Of a DNA stretch of 59,302 bases, positions 8,979 through 19,294 are shown one piece after another. Each line of letters opens with the position of its first letter. Within the stretch, counting starts at the first letter, position 1. This DNA comes from a virus (Duplodnaviria > Caudoviricetes). The notes under the pieces are model-generated. The model did not search any database. It worked only from the letters and a program-made list of their open reading frames with translations, and was not told the DNA's origin. The stretch spans positions 1 through 59,302 of IMG/VR virus record IMGVR_UViG_3300046167_000227. The stretch is one strand, 5' to 3'. A program made the position numbers and the translations under genes.

Positions 8979-9100
8979 GAAAAGACGAATTGTACTTAAA
9001 CTTGGCGAAGCCGCTGCTGAAGCTAGGAAACTATCTCTTCAACAAGCACGTGAAAGCTCTAAGAAGAAGACAAGAAAAAGAAGGCACTAGGAGACTATAA
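8975..9100 (+). CDS. 41-aa hypothetical protein
   Basis: MRKDELYLNLAKPLL...; ATGA and TAATG coupling to neighbours. Confidence 0.5.
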   Translation: MRKDELYLNLAKPLLKLGNYLFNKHVKALRRRQEKEGTRRL

Positions 9101-9243
9101 TGGACAACATGATATTAGATGCATGGAATGAACTTAGTTACGTTGAAGGTGTGTTATTCACAGTATGGTTATTTATCTTGTACTATGGTAAGTGTTGGAT
9201 AGATTCAAAGTTTAATAAAGAAACTTGTAATTGTATAAGATGA
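9100..9243 (+). CDS. 47-aa membrane peptide
   Basis: AGGAG RBS; one hydrophobic helix. Confidence 0.55.
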   Translation: MDNMILDAWNELSYVEGVLFTVWLFILYYGKCWIDSKFNKETCNCIR

Positions 9244-9485
9244 GTGTAGAGACGTTTTTAAAATGGAAGATACTTCCTAGATTTATGATGTTGGCTAGTA
9301 CAGTAATGTCATGGAGATGTGCTGAATGGTTTATGGATTTAGATACACCGACTGCAGCACAGTCAGCTTTTGTATCAGTAGTTATGGGTGTGATGACAGG
9401 TGTCTTTGGCATTTGGATGGGTCACGAACATAAAGGAGACAACGATGTTAACAGCATTAATAGGACCAATCGCAAACCTCGCTAG
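9240..9485 (+). CDS. Two-TM membrane protein (holin/antiholin candidate)
   Basis: Two hydrophobic helices, upstream of holin and lysozyme. Confidence 0.55.
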   Translation: MSVETFLKWKILPRFMMLASTVMSWRCAEWFMDLDTPTAAQSAFVSVVMGVMTGVFGIWMGHEHKGDNDVNSINRTNRKPR

Positions 9486-9837
9486 TTCTTGGATGAGCAG
9501 TAAGGTTGAGAAGGTTAAAGCAGATGGTCAGGCTAAAGTAGCACAGGCTAAAGCTAAAGCAGTTGTAGCTGAGAAAGTTGCAGCAGGTGAAGTCGCATGG
9601 GAAAAGTCTATGGCAGACTCAACAGATAATTCGTGGAAAGACGAATTTGCCTTGACAGTTTTACTTTTACCTGCTATACTAGTATTTATACCTAGCATGA
9701 CAGAATATGTACGAACAGGCTTTGAGGTATTGAATACACTTCCTGAGTGGTATCAATATCTTTTGTTTATAGCTATTAGTGCATCCTTTGGTATTAAAGG
9801 TGCAGGTCAAGCTATGAAGATTATGGGGAAGAAATGA
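9445..9837 (+). CDS. Holin (3TM/GTA-holin-like)
   Basis: AGGAG RBS; SWKDE motif, LPEWY, FG..G; directly before lysozyme. Confidence 0.65.
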   Translation: MLTALIGPIANLASSWMSSKVEKVKADGQAKVAQAKAKAVVAEKVAAGEVAWEKSMADSTDNSWKDEFALTVLLLPAILVFIPSMTEYVRTGFEVLNTLPEWYQYLLFIAISASFGIKGAGQAMKIMGKK

Positions 9838-10298
9838 ACTTAATAAAACTACAAGATGAATTAGCAGAAGATGAAGGCATAAAGTTTGAGATATATAGAT
9901 GTTCACTTGGGCATTTAACAGGGGGTATAGGACACCTTATTACGGAATGGGATGAGGAGTTTTATGATAAACCTGTAGGAACTAAAATACCACATGACCA
10001 AGTAAACGATTGGTTTGAGAGAGACATTAAAACAACTATAAACGATTGTAACTTACTGTTCTCTCAATTTGATAATCTACCTGAAGATATACAACATGTA
10101 TTAGCTAATATGTGTTTTCAATTAGGTAGACCTAGACTATCTAAGTTTAAGAACATGATTGCTGCCGTAGAAGACTTAGACTGGGAAAGAATGGCAGATG
10201 AGATGGAAGATAGTAATTGGTATAAACAAACACCTAACAGAGCCGATAGATTAATTACTCGTGTTGATAGGCAGTTTGCTAGAGAAAGTATTGCATAA
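9834..10298 (+). CDS. Lysozyme / endolysin (T4-type GH24)
   Basis: DEG..YRCSLGHLTGGIGH; NMCFQLG; SNWYKQTPNRA. Confidence 0.9.
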   Translation: MNLIKLQDELAEDEGIKFEIYRCSLGHLTGGIGHLITEWDEEFYDKPVGTKIPHDQVNDWFERDIKTTINDCNLLFSQFDNLPEDIQHVLANMCFQLGRPRLSKFKNMIAAVEDLDWERMADEMEDSNWYKQTPNRADRLITRVDRQFARESIA

Positions 10299-10660
10299 TG
10301 AGTAGAGAACTAACTGAAAGACAACAAAAGTTTCTATCTGTTTTATTTGATGAAGCAGGTGGAGATGTAGTAGCAGCTAAAAAGTTGGCAGGTTATGCTG
10401 AAACATCCAGCACAACAGAGATAGTGAAATCCATGAAGGATGAGATACTAGAAGCTACGCAGTTGTTTATGAGTAGGAACGCACCTAAAGCTGCAATGGC
10501 TATGGTGGGTGGTTTATATGACCCTACTGAGTTAGGTCTCAAAGATAAGATGATGGCAGCTAAAGAATTACTAGACAGGACAGGCTTAGTGAAGACTGAG
10601 AAAATGCAAGTAGAAAGCACTGGTGGTGTTATGCTATTACCTGCAAAGAACGATGGATAG
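10298..10660 (+). CDS. terS: Terminase small subunit (probable)
   Basis: LTERQQKF...AAKKLAGY HTH pattern and LLDRTG; upstream of terL. Confidence 0.65.
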   Translation: MSRELTERQQKFLSVLFDEAGGDVVAAKKLAGYAETSSTTEIVKSMKDEILEATQLFMSRNAPKAAMAMVGGLYDPTELGLKDKMMAAKELLDRTGLVKTEKMQVESTGGVMLLPAKNDG

Positions 10661-11054
10661 AAGTGTAGGTAAGTGGAAGTTACCACAACCAACAGACTTA
10701 AAAGATGAAGAACAAAAAGAATGGGTACAGATACCTCGCATAGCTAGGACTATTCCATTTGGATACAAGATAAATGAACAAGACCCTGACTTACTTGACC
10801 CAATACCATACGAGTTAGAAGCCATAGAGATGGCAAGAAAGTATGTAAAGCAGTATTCCTATCGTGAAGTAGCTAATTGGATGACTACTAAAACGAATAG
10901 AGTTATATCTCACGTGGGTTTAAGAAAAAGGTTAATGCATGAAAGACAACGTAAGAACACGGCTAGAACTCTCAGAAAGTGGTCTGAGTACGCCGAAAAG
11001 GCGATACAAAAAGCGAAAGCCATTGAAGAAGCAAGAACAGGTGCAAGAGCCTAA
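10653..11054 (+). CDS. Putative DNA-binding protein
   Basis: IPFGY...SYREVANW...ISHVGL resembles a recombinase-type DNA-binding domain. Confidence 0.55.
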   Translation: MDRSVGKWKLPQPTDLKDEEQKEWVQIPRIARTIPFGYKINEQDPDLLDPIPYELEAIEMARKYVKQYSYREVANWMTTKTNRVISHVGLRKRLMHERQRKNTARTLRKWSEYAEKAIQKAKAIEEARTGARA

Positions 11055-12493
11055 GATACGAGAAGTATCAGACGTAGAAGCAGTACCTGTAGAAGAACAG
11101 AATGTTATCTTCAAACCTAATGTAGGACCTCAGACAGAGTTCCTTGCAGCAGGTGAAAGAGAAGTATTATATGGTGGTTCAGCAGGAGGTGGTAAATCAT
11201 ACGCCATGCTTGCCGACCCTTTACGTTACATGGGTCATCCATCATTTAGTGGGTTGCTACTGCGACACACAACAGAAGAACTTAGAGAACTAATATTTAA
11301 ATCTAAGGAAATGTATCCTCAAATATGGAAGGGTATTAAGTGGTCAGAAAGAAAGATGCAATGGGAAGCACCATCAGGTGCAAGGTTATGGATGTCATAC
11401 CTAGACAGAGACGATGATGTACTTCGTTATCAAGGTTTGGCATTTAGTTGGATAGGGTTTGATGAATTAACTCAGTGGTCTACTCCGTATGCTTGGAACT
11501 ATATGCGTTCACGTTTGCGTTCTACTGCACATGATTTACCTGTGTATATGAGAGCAACAACTAACCCCGGAGGTCCGGGACATCATTGGGTCAAGAAAAT
11601 GTTCATTGACCCTGCACCATACGGAAAACAATTTGATGCCACAGATATTGAATCAGGGAATGTTCTTTCCTATCCAAAAGGACACAGTAAAGCAGGACAA
11701 GCATTATTCAAACGTAGATTTATCCCTGCAAGATTATCGGACAACCCATACTTGTCTGCCCAAGGTGACTATGAAGCAATGCTTCTATCCTTACCTGAAC
11801 ACCAACGTAAGCAGTTGCTTGAAGGTGATTGGGATATTAAAGAAGGTGCTGCTTTTACTGAGTTTGATAGGAATATTCACGTTGTTGAGCCTTTTTCAAT
11901 TCCAAGAAATTGGGTTAAATTTCGTGCATGTGATTATGGTTATGGCTCTTATAGTGGTGTGTTGTGGTTTGCTGTTTCTCCAGACGAGCAGATTATTATA
12001 TATAGAGAGTTGTATTGTAGCAAAGTACTTGCCACAGATTTGGCAGATATGATATTGGATGCTGAAGCCGATGATGGAAATATTAAGTATGGGGTTCTGG
12101 ACAGTTCTCTTTGGCATAAACGTGGGGATACTGGTCCTTCTTTGGCTGAACAGATGATTATGAAGGGATGCCGATTTAGACCTTCAGATAGAAGTAAAGG
12201 CAGTCGTGTATCAGGGAAAGAATGAAATACATAGACGTTTACAAGTAGACGAGTTTACAGAAGAACCAAGATTAGTTTTCTTTAACACTTGTACTAATAT
12301 GGTATCACAATTACCTGCATTACCGTTAGATAAGAAGAATCCAGAAGATGTAGACACAAGAGCAGAAGACCACTTGTATGATGCATTAAGATATGGTATA
12401 ATGTCAAGACCTAGGTTTAGTATATTTGACTACGACCCAATGGGTAGACCTAGTAACAGTATGCCAATGGCAGACTCTACATTTGGATATTAA
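11041..12493 (+). CDS. terL: Terminase large subunit (one indel near 12220)
   Basis: Walker A GGSAGGGKS, Walker B FDEL, TNPGG, nuclease DYGY and DHLYDALRY across ORFs 10939..12225 and 12206..12493; start uncertain. Confidence 0.92.
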
Positions 12494-12502
12494 GGATATA
12501 AC

Positions 12503-14661
12503 ATGGCAGAAAAAGATGAAGTAACACTAGACGATGATTCCATAGCATTAGAGGATGTAGAGGAAACAGCAGTCGGTGATATAAATGTGAGTGGGATTAT
12601 ACCATTTATTATGGATAGATACCAACGAGCCGAAGACTATCGTAGCAATGATGAAGAACGGTGGTTAAGGTCTTATAGAAATTATAGGGGGTTATACGGA
12701 AGTGATGTTCAATTTACTGAAGCAGAAAAGTCAAGAGTATTTATTAAAGTTACCAAAACAAAAACTCTCGCAGCTTATGGACAGATTGTCGATGTGCTAT
12801 TTGCAGGGAACAAGTTTCCTATTAGCGTTGAGCCGACAGTGTTACCTGAAGGTGTCGCAAGCTGACGTTAGCTTTGACCCAAAGAAGCCTGAACAGCTTA
12901 AGGAGAAACTGAGATGTCTTCGCCTTATGGGTTTAAGGGTGATGGCATGGATTTACCGAAGGGTGCTACTGAAAAAACATTGGCAGAAAGGCTGGGTCCT
13001 TTACAAGACAAGCTGGGAGAAATTGAAGGCTTGGAAGAAGGGGTAGGTAAAACACCTACTGCTGTTACATTTAGTCCTGCTATGGTAGCTGCTAAGTCTA
13101 TGGAAAAACAAATCATGGACCAACTACAAGAGTCAGGTGCAAGTAAGCAATTAAGAAGTACAGCATTTGAGATGGCATTATTCGGAACAGGAGTAATGAA
13201 AGGTCCTTTTGCTGTAGATAAAGAATATCCTAATTGGGATGAGGAAGGTAACTATAGTCCTGTCTTTAAGACTGTACCATCTACATCACACGTATCAGTA
13301 TGGAACTTCTTTCCTGACCCTGATGCTGCCAACATGGATGAAGCACAGTTTGTGATTGAAAGACACAAGATGTCAAGAACACAGCTACGTGGATTAAAGA
13401 AGAGACCTTACTTTCGTGCAAACGTAATTGACGAAGTAGTTGCATCAGGTGAGTCTTATGATAAAAAGTATTGGGAAGATGATTTATCTGACTATGCAGC
13501 AGACCACGGAATAGATAGATTTGAAGTACTAGAATATTGGGGAATGTGTGACGTTGATATGCTTGAGGAAAATGGTGTAGACATACCTAAAGACCTCAAG
13601 GAGTTTGATGAATTACAAGCGAACATATGGATTAGTAATGGTAAGTTAATAAGAATGGTTCTTAATCCTTTCAAACCTGCCACTATACCTTACATGGCAG
13701 CTCCATACGAGTTGAATCCATATTCTTTCTTTGGTGTAGGGTCTAGCTGAAAACATGGATGACACACAGACACTTATGAATGGCTTTATGAGAATGTCTG
13801 TAGACAACGCTGTGTTATCAGGTAACTTACTTATAGAGGTAGATGAAACTAACCTAGTTCCGGGTCAGGACTTATCTGTGTATCCGGGCAAAGTTTTTAG
13901 AAGACAAGGTGGTGCTCCGGGTCAAGCTATCTTCGGTACTAAGTTTCCTAACGTATCAAATGAGAACTTACAACTGTTTGACTAAGGCTAGACAACTTGC
14001 AGACGAGAGCACAGGCTTTCCGTCATTCGCACACGGACAGACAGGTGTACAAGGTGTAGGTAGAACTGCATCAGGTATATCAATGCTTATGAACGCAGCG
14101 GCAGGTAGTATTAAGACTGTTATAAAGAACGTAGACGATTATTTACTCAAGCCATTAGGCGAAGGTATGTTCCGTTTTAATATGCAGTTTAACTTTGACA
14201 AAGAAATCAAAGGTGACTTAGAAGTTGTTGCACGTGGAACAGAAAGTCTTATGGCTAACGAAGTACGTAGTCAGAGATTAATGTCCTTCTTACAAGTGGC
14301 ATCTAATCCTGCACTAGCTCCGTTTGCTAAGTTTCCATATATTATTAGAGAGATAGCTAAGTCTATGGAACTAGACCCTGAAAAGGTAACTAATAATATG
14401 GATGAAGCAGCAGTACAAGCCGAGATACTAAAAGGTATGCAAGGTGCTATGCCACAAGAACAACAACAACCACCACAGGCAGGTCAACCACCTGTAGGTG
14501 CTAACCCACTAGACCCCACAGGAGCAGGTGGTGGTAATGTAGGTACAGGACAAGCACCTGTGCCGGGCGAACAAGGATTTTCAGGAAATGATGGACAAGC
14601 AGGTGCTGCAGCAAATCAAGCCGCTAGTGAACAACCTCAAACTAATGAACAGCTTCAATGA
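12503..14661 (+). CDS. Portal protein (several indels)
   Basis: Fragments 12503, 12914, 13755 and 13909 join into a P22/N4-like portal (FGTGVMK, WNFFPDP, RTASGISML); follows terL. Confidence 0.88.
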
Positions 14662-14803
14662 TTACATTGATGAATTAATAAAGCAACAACATAAGATACT
14701 AGAACAGTCTAACGACATGATAACTCTACATAGGTCTCAAGGAGCTATAGCAACTTTAAGTAAACTCAAACTATTAAGGGATGAAGTAAATGGCATTAAA
14801 TAA
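14591..14803 (+). CDS. Small protein following portal
   Basis: LHRSQG motif of small post-portal genes. Confidence 0.65.
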   Translation: MDKQVLQQIKPLVNNLKLMNSFNDYIDELIKQQHKILEQSNDMITLHRSQGAIATLSKLKLLRDEVNGIK

Positions 14804-16472
14804 ACAAATGGAAATGTTTGAAGATGGTGGTCTCAAAGATGAAGGTGGCATGATTGACGAAGTATCAGGCAATGATGTTCCTCCGGGTTCTACAAGAGAA
14901 GAAGTTAGAGATGACATACCTGCACAGTTAAGTGAAGGAGAGTTTGTATTTCCTGCTGACGTAGTGAGATTCATAGGTCTTGAGAAGTTAATGCAGTTAC
15001 GACAAGAAGCTAAACAAGGACTGAAGCAAATGGAAGCTATGGGTCAGATGGGTAATTCAGATGAAGCTACTATGCCTGATGATTTACCTTTTGATGAAAC
15101 AGACCTTGACATGGAAGACGAATTAGAGTATAATAGAGGTGGAGTAGTTGAAGCAGCTAACGGTACTTATGTAGCACCTACTATTCCAACAGGTAGCCAA
15201 CCACTAGGAACAAATCCAATGGGCAATCCTATGGGAGTACCACAACAAGTAGCAGATGGAGTATCAGGCAGTACGCAGGGAACACCTTATGTACCTAATG
15301 TAGGTAAAATGTATGGAGTAGGAGCAACACCATACGCACCTGTAAGTTATAATCAGTTATTAGGACCTAGTGCAACAGGAGCACCTACGACAGAAACCGT
15401 TAGATACTTTAATGCAGCAACAGGTCAGACACGTATGATACCACATCTAGTAAACGCAGATGGCACAAGAGGTGCAACATTATATCCTGTGCCTGAAGGT
15501 TTTGTTATACAAGAAGAAGCACCTAAAGAGGAAGCTAAGAAGACAACTCAAGTACAATCAACTAAAGTAGCACCTGTAGAATCAGGAGATGGTGGCGATG
15601 GTGGTGCAGGTGGTGGTGCAGTAGACCTTGCAGGAGACCCTTTAAGTTATAGCAGTGTGTTTAGCATGGATGCTTTAGATAAACAAATGGCTAAAATAGG
15701 TGCAATGCAACTTAGTACCCTTGGTAAAGCAGGAGTATTTCAAGGAATTAGTAGTGCCGCAACAGGAAATCCTGAACGAAATCAAATGAAATTAGGTGCT
15801 CTTACACCTCTTTTCACATCTCTTAAAACTCAACTAGGAATTAAAGGTCAGGATTTAGGAAAATTAAAAGGTAAAACACCTGAAGAAATTGCAAAAATTA
15901 GAGGAGTAGTTGCTGCTGATATTGAAAGAGTAACTGCTGCTGTAGACAGATTAACTACTAATATAACATTTTCTAAAGATAAAAACGGAAATACAATTAG
16001 CACAGAATCTAATAAAAGCACAAAAGATACTATAGCTGACGTTAACGCTATGGCAAAACAGTATGGGTTAAAAGAAATTGATACAAAAACTAATGTTAAT
16101 CTCGGTTCTAAAATAGGTCAAAAGATAGCTGAAATAAATCAAGCTATTAAAGAGCAACCTACCTATAGTGAAGACCCAAGCGACACCATAGAAAGCAGAG
16201 ACCCAACAGCAGGTGATGTTTATAGTGATGAAACTCAAACAACGACTGCTGCAGAACAAGCAGCAAATAGAGCTGCTGCAGAGGCTTTTGCGAAGAGTGG
16301 AAGTGATTCTGATAACAACGAATCAAGTAGTGGTTCTGGCTCATCCGTAGATGGTGGTGACTATGGAGTCGGTTCTGAAGCAGGTATGGACTTTAAACAA
16401 GGTGGACTAGCAGGTAAAAAGAAAACACCTAAACCTAAGAAGATGAAGCGAGGTGGATTAGCTTCACGTTAA
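14790..16472 (+). CDS. Head-morphogenesis/internal protein with gpH-C-like GEFV domain and multiple xxxGG motifs
   Basis: FEDGG...DDIPAQLSEGEFVFPADVVRFIGLEKL...YNRGG; ends MKRGGLASR. Confidence 0.6.
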   Translation: MALNKQMEMFEDGGLKDEGGMIDEVSGNDVPPGSTREEVRDDIPAQLSEGEFVFPADVVRFIGLEKLMQLRQEAKQGLKQMEAMGQMGNSDEATMPDDLPFDETDLDMEDELEYNRGGVVEAANGTYVAPTIPTGSQPLGTNPMGNPMGVPQQVADGVSGSTQGTPYVPNVGKMYGVGATPYAPVSYNQLLGPSATGAPTTETVRYFNAATGQTRMIPHLVNADGTRGATLYPVPEGFVIQEEAPKEEAKKTTQVQSTKVAPVESGDGGDGGAGGGAVDLAGDPLSYSSVFSMDALDKQMAKIGAMQLSTLGKAGVFQGISSAATGNPERNQMKLGALTPLFTSLKTQLGIKGQDLGKLKGKTPEEIAKIRGVVAADIERVTAAVDRLTTNITFSKDKNGNTISTESNKSTKDTIADVNAMAKQYGLKEIDTKTNVNLGSKIGQKIAEINQAIKEQPTYSEDPSDTIESRDPTAGDVYSDETQTTTAAEQAANRAAAEAFAKSGSDSDNNESSSGSGSSVDGGDYGVGSEAGMDFKQGGLAGKKKTPKPKKMKRGGLASR

Positions 16473-16478
16473 TAATCC

Positions 16479-16530
16479 ACAATAATAGGCTACTTATCCC
16501 CCAACAATAACTGGCTACGATAACCCCCAA
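16479..16530 (+). promoter_or_regulatory. Imperfect 26-27 bp tandem repeat abutting the scaffold RBS
   Basis: ACAATAATAGGCTACTTATCCCCCAA / ACAATAACTGGCTACGATAACCCCCAA then GGAG. Confidence 0.6.
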
Positions 16531-16541
16531 GGAGAAGACAA

Positions 16542-17426
16542 ATGGCTGAAGAAGCTACTAAAGTAATGGTGGAAGATGCTACACCTAAAAAAGCAATGTT
16601 TATGAATAGACCTTATTCTCAGGAAGAAAGAGTAAAGCGAGATGAAGAAGAACTTGCAAGGCTCGTTGAGGAGCAAAAAGGTACAGAAGAGACTAGCGAG
16701 GAGGAAACTCCTAGTGAAGAAGAACCGACTAACGCAGAAGAGAAAACTTTTAAAAAGAGATATGGAGATTTAAGAAGGCATACTCAGGAGAAAGAGAAGC
16801 AGTTTCAAAAACAGCTAGATGATATGAAAGAGCAACTAGCTAAAGCAACTAAGAAAGAAATGAAGTTGCCTAAGTCTGATGAAGACATAGAAGCATGGGC
16901 AACAGAGTACCCAGACGTAGCTAAGATTGTTGAAACTATTGCTATGAAGAAAGCAAGAGAGCAATCACTTGAGCTAGAAAGTAGAATACAGAAGATAGAT
17001 GAAATGTCTGTTGAAGCTAAGAAAGAGAAAGCTGAAGCAGAACTAATGAAACTTCATCCTGACTTTAATGATATTAGAGATAGTGATGAGTTTCACGATT
17101 GGGCAGATGAACAGCCAAAATGGGTACAGGATGCACTTTATGAAAACGACAATGATGCTAGGTCAGCAGCAAGAGCTATTGACTTATACAAAGCCGATAA
17201 GGGAATCGGTAAGGAAACTAAGACAAAGAGTAATAAGAGTGCTGCTATGGAAGTTGGCACGAAATCTACAAAGACTAAAGTTGATACTACAGAAGCAGGT
17301 AAAAAGATACTTGAGTCTGCTGTTCAAAAGATGTCCTCTGCACAGTATGAAAAACAGGCTGACACAATAATGGAAGCTATTAGGTCAGGCAACTTTGTAT
17401 ATGACATATCAGGTTCAGCTAGATAA
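16542..17426 (+). CDS. Capsid scaffolding protein
   Basis: Acidic coiled-coil protein (FKKRYGDL, HPDF, F..W) immediately before the MCP. Confidence 0.75.
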   Translation: MAEEATKVMVEDATPKKAMFMNRPYSQEERVKRDEEELARLVEEQKGTEETSEEETPSEEEPTNAEEKTFKKRYGDLRRHTQEKEKQFQKQLDDMKEQLAKATKKEMKLPKSDEDIEAWATEYPDVAKIVETIAMKKAREQSLELESRIQKIDEMSVEAKKEKAEAELMKLHPDFNDIRDSDEFHDWADEQPKWVQDALYENDNDARSAARAIDLYKADKGIGKETKTKSNKSAAMEVGTKSTKTKVDTTEAGKKILESAVQKMSSAQYEKQADTIMEAIRSGNFVYDISGSAR

Positions 17427-17439
17427 ATAAAAAATAATG

Positions 17440-17467
17440 TTGACAAACAAGAATTTATGTATATAAC
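17440..17467 (+). promoter_or_regulatory. Promoter upstream of MCP leader
   Basis: TTGACA-N16-TATAAC. Confidence 0.55.
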
Positions 17468-17687
17468 TATACATAACTAGAAGTGTAACACAACCTCACG
17501 TTCCCAAACTGAATACTTGTGTTGCACTTTAAACGACACTTTAGAGATTACCCAATTATGTGAGCCTACACAGGAATAGCTATCCTACGTACAACCTCAA
17601 CGCATGAATGGTCCTTATAAAGTAAAATGACTAAAACTATAGTACACATTCCGTGTACATATGATAAATGTTTAAGGAGATTTAAAA

Positions 17688-18746
17688 ATGGCATTTACAG
17701 CAGCAGCTGGTTATGGTAATCTTCCTAACGGTAATTTTAGTCCTATTATTTACAGCAAACAGGTGCAACTTGCGTTCCGTAAGTCATCTATCGTTGATGC
17801 AATCACTAATAATGATTACTTCGGTGAGATTGCTAATATGGGCGATTCCGTTAAGGTTATCAAAGAACCAGAAATAACAGTCAAGGCATATTCTAGAGGA
17901 ACTACAATAACTCCTCAAGACCTTGATGACGAAGAATTTTCACTTAATATTGACAAAGCTAATTACTTTGCATTTAAAGTGGATGATATTGAGGAAGCTC
18001 ATTCACACGTTAACTTTCAACAGTTAGCATCTGATAGAGCAGCCTATAGACTAGCCGACCAATTTGACCAAGATGTACTTGGTTATATGTCAGGTTACAA
18101 GCAATCATCTATACATGGTGCTCCAGACACAGCTAATACAACTACTAATGGTAGTGTAGCTGTTTCAACAGCTGGTTCTGACGAACTCTTATCTTCAATG
18201 AAAATTGATGCTGAAGACTTCGGTGGTTCTGCTGGAGATGCTGTGGCTATCTTACCAAGAACAGGTGGAGCTACTACTGCTGCTCCTGCTAATGGAGATA
18301 GAAACCCATTGACAGTGATTGCTAGAATGTCAAGACTACTAGACCAACAGAATGTTGATACTAACGGAAGATGGTTAGTGTTAGACCCTGTATTTATTGA
18401 AGTACTAAAGGATGAGGACACAAGATTGTTTGATGCAGACTTTGGTGGTTCAGGACTACAGAATGGTTTAGTTCTTAATAATCTACACGGATTTAAGGTG
18501 TATCAGTCAAATAACCTTCCAAGTTTAGGAACAGGACCATCTAATACAGGTGCGAACAGTTCTACAAACTTTGGTATTATTGTTGCTGGTCACTCTTCAT
18601 CAATAGCTACTGCTGAGCAAATCAACAAGACAGAGACTTATAGAGACCCTGATTCTTTTGCTGATATTGTTCGTGGTATGCATTTATATGGTAGAAAGAT
18701 TCTTCGCCCTGAAGCAATCTGTACTGCCGCTTACCACTTAGCATAG
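17688..18746 (+). CDS. Major capsid protein
   Basis: FSPIIYS, GEIANMGDSVK, RWLVLDP, DIVRGMHLYGRKILRPE; strong RBS; position after scaffold. Confidence 0.92.
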   Translation: MAFTAAAGYGNLPNGNFSPIIYSKQVQLAFRKSSIVDAITNNDYFGEIANMGDSVKVIKEPEITVKAYSRGTTITPQDLDDEEFSLNIDKANYFAFKVDDIEEAHSHVNFQQLASDRAAYRLADQFDQDVLGYMSGYKQSSIHGAPDTANTTTNGSVAVSTAGSDELLSSMKIDAEDFGGSAGDAVAILPRTGGATTAAPANGDRNPLTVIARMSRLLDQQNVDTNGRWLVLDPVFIEVLKDEDTRLFDADFGGSGLQNGLVLNNLHGFKVYQSNNLPSLGTGPSNTGANSSTNFGIIVAGHSSSIATAEQINKTETYRDPDSFADIVRGMHLYGRKILRPEAICTAAYHLA

Positions 18747-18758
18747 GGAGATTGAATT

Positions 18759-19241
18759 ATGGCGAATATTACTGCTGTTCTTAAAGCCGCTTCTGGCAAC
18801 TCCCAGAGAGGTAGGAACGTATACTACATGGATAATGTTATTGACTTAACTGCTAATAGCATTAATCCAAACGGTGATACTATTCAAGCTATCACAGTTC
18901 CAGCTAATACTCTTATCGTAGCTGCAGGTCTTCAGGTTGTAGAAAGTGCAACTCAGAATACTGGCACAGATGCAACTGCATCACTTGGTTTCACAGGTGG
19001 TGACGTTGATGAGTTTGTTGCAACTTTTGATATTGATGGTGCTGCCGATGGTGCTTATGCTCCTCAGATTGCAATCACAGGTTTGACTGCTTCTACTTCT
19101 GCTGACACTATTGACGTGTTATTAGCAGGTGGTGGTGCATCATTTACTGCTGGTAAAATACGTGTGTATGCAATGATGATGGATATAAGTGACCAAGGTG
19201 ACATGTCTGCTGACGAAGTTGACAGAGACACTTTAGCTTAA
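18759..19241 (+). CDS. Minor capsid / decoration protein
   Basis: Beta-rich 160-aa gene between MCP and terminator. Confidence 0.6.
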   Translation: MANITAVLKAASGNSQRGRNVYYMDNVIDLTANSINPNGDTIQAITVPANTLIVAAGLQVVESATQNTGTDATASLGFTGGDVDEFVATFDIDGAADGAYAPQIAITGLTASTSADTIDVLLAGGGASFTAGKIRVYAMMMDISDQGDMSADEVDRDTLA

Positions 19242-19248
19242 ATCATAT

Positions 19249-19278
19249 ATAAGGGAGCAGGGCAACTTGCTCTCTTAT
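19249..19278 (+). terminator. Rho-independent terminator
   Basis: TAAGGGAGCAGG-GCAA-CTTGCTCTCTTA followed by T-rich tract. Confidence 0.75.
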
Positions 19279-19294
19279 CTTTATAGGAATTACT

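Noticed and set aside
11041-14661. Split terminase and portal as programmed frameshifts, introns or pseudogenes
   Set aside because: Fragments join by single-base shifts with no inserted sequence. Similar breaks hit polA, integrase, nucleotidase and glycosylase, which fits long-read indel error in essential genes.
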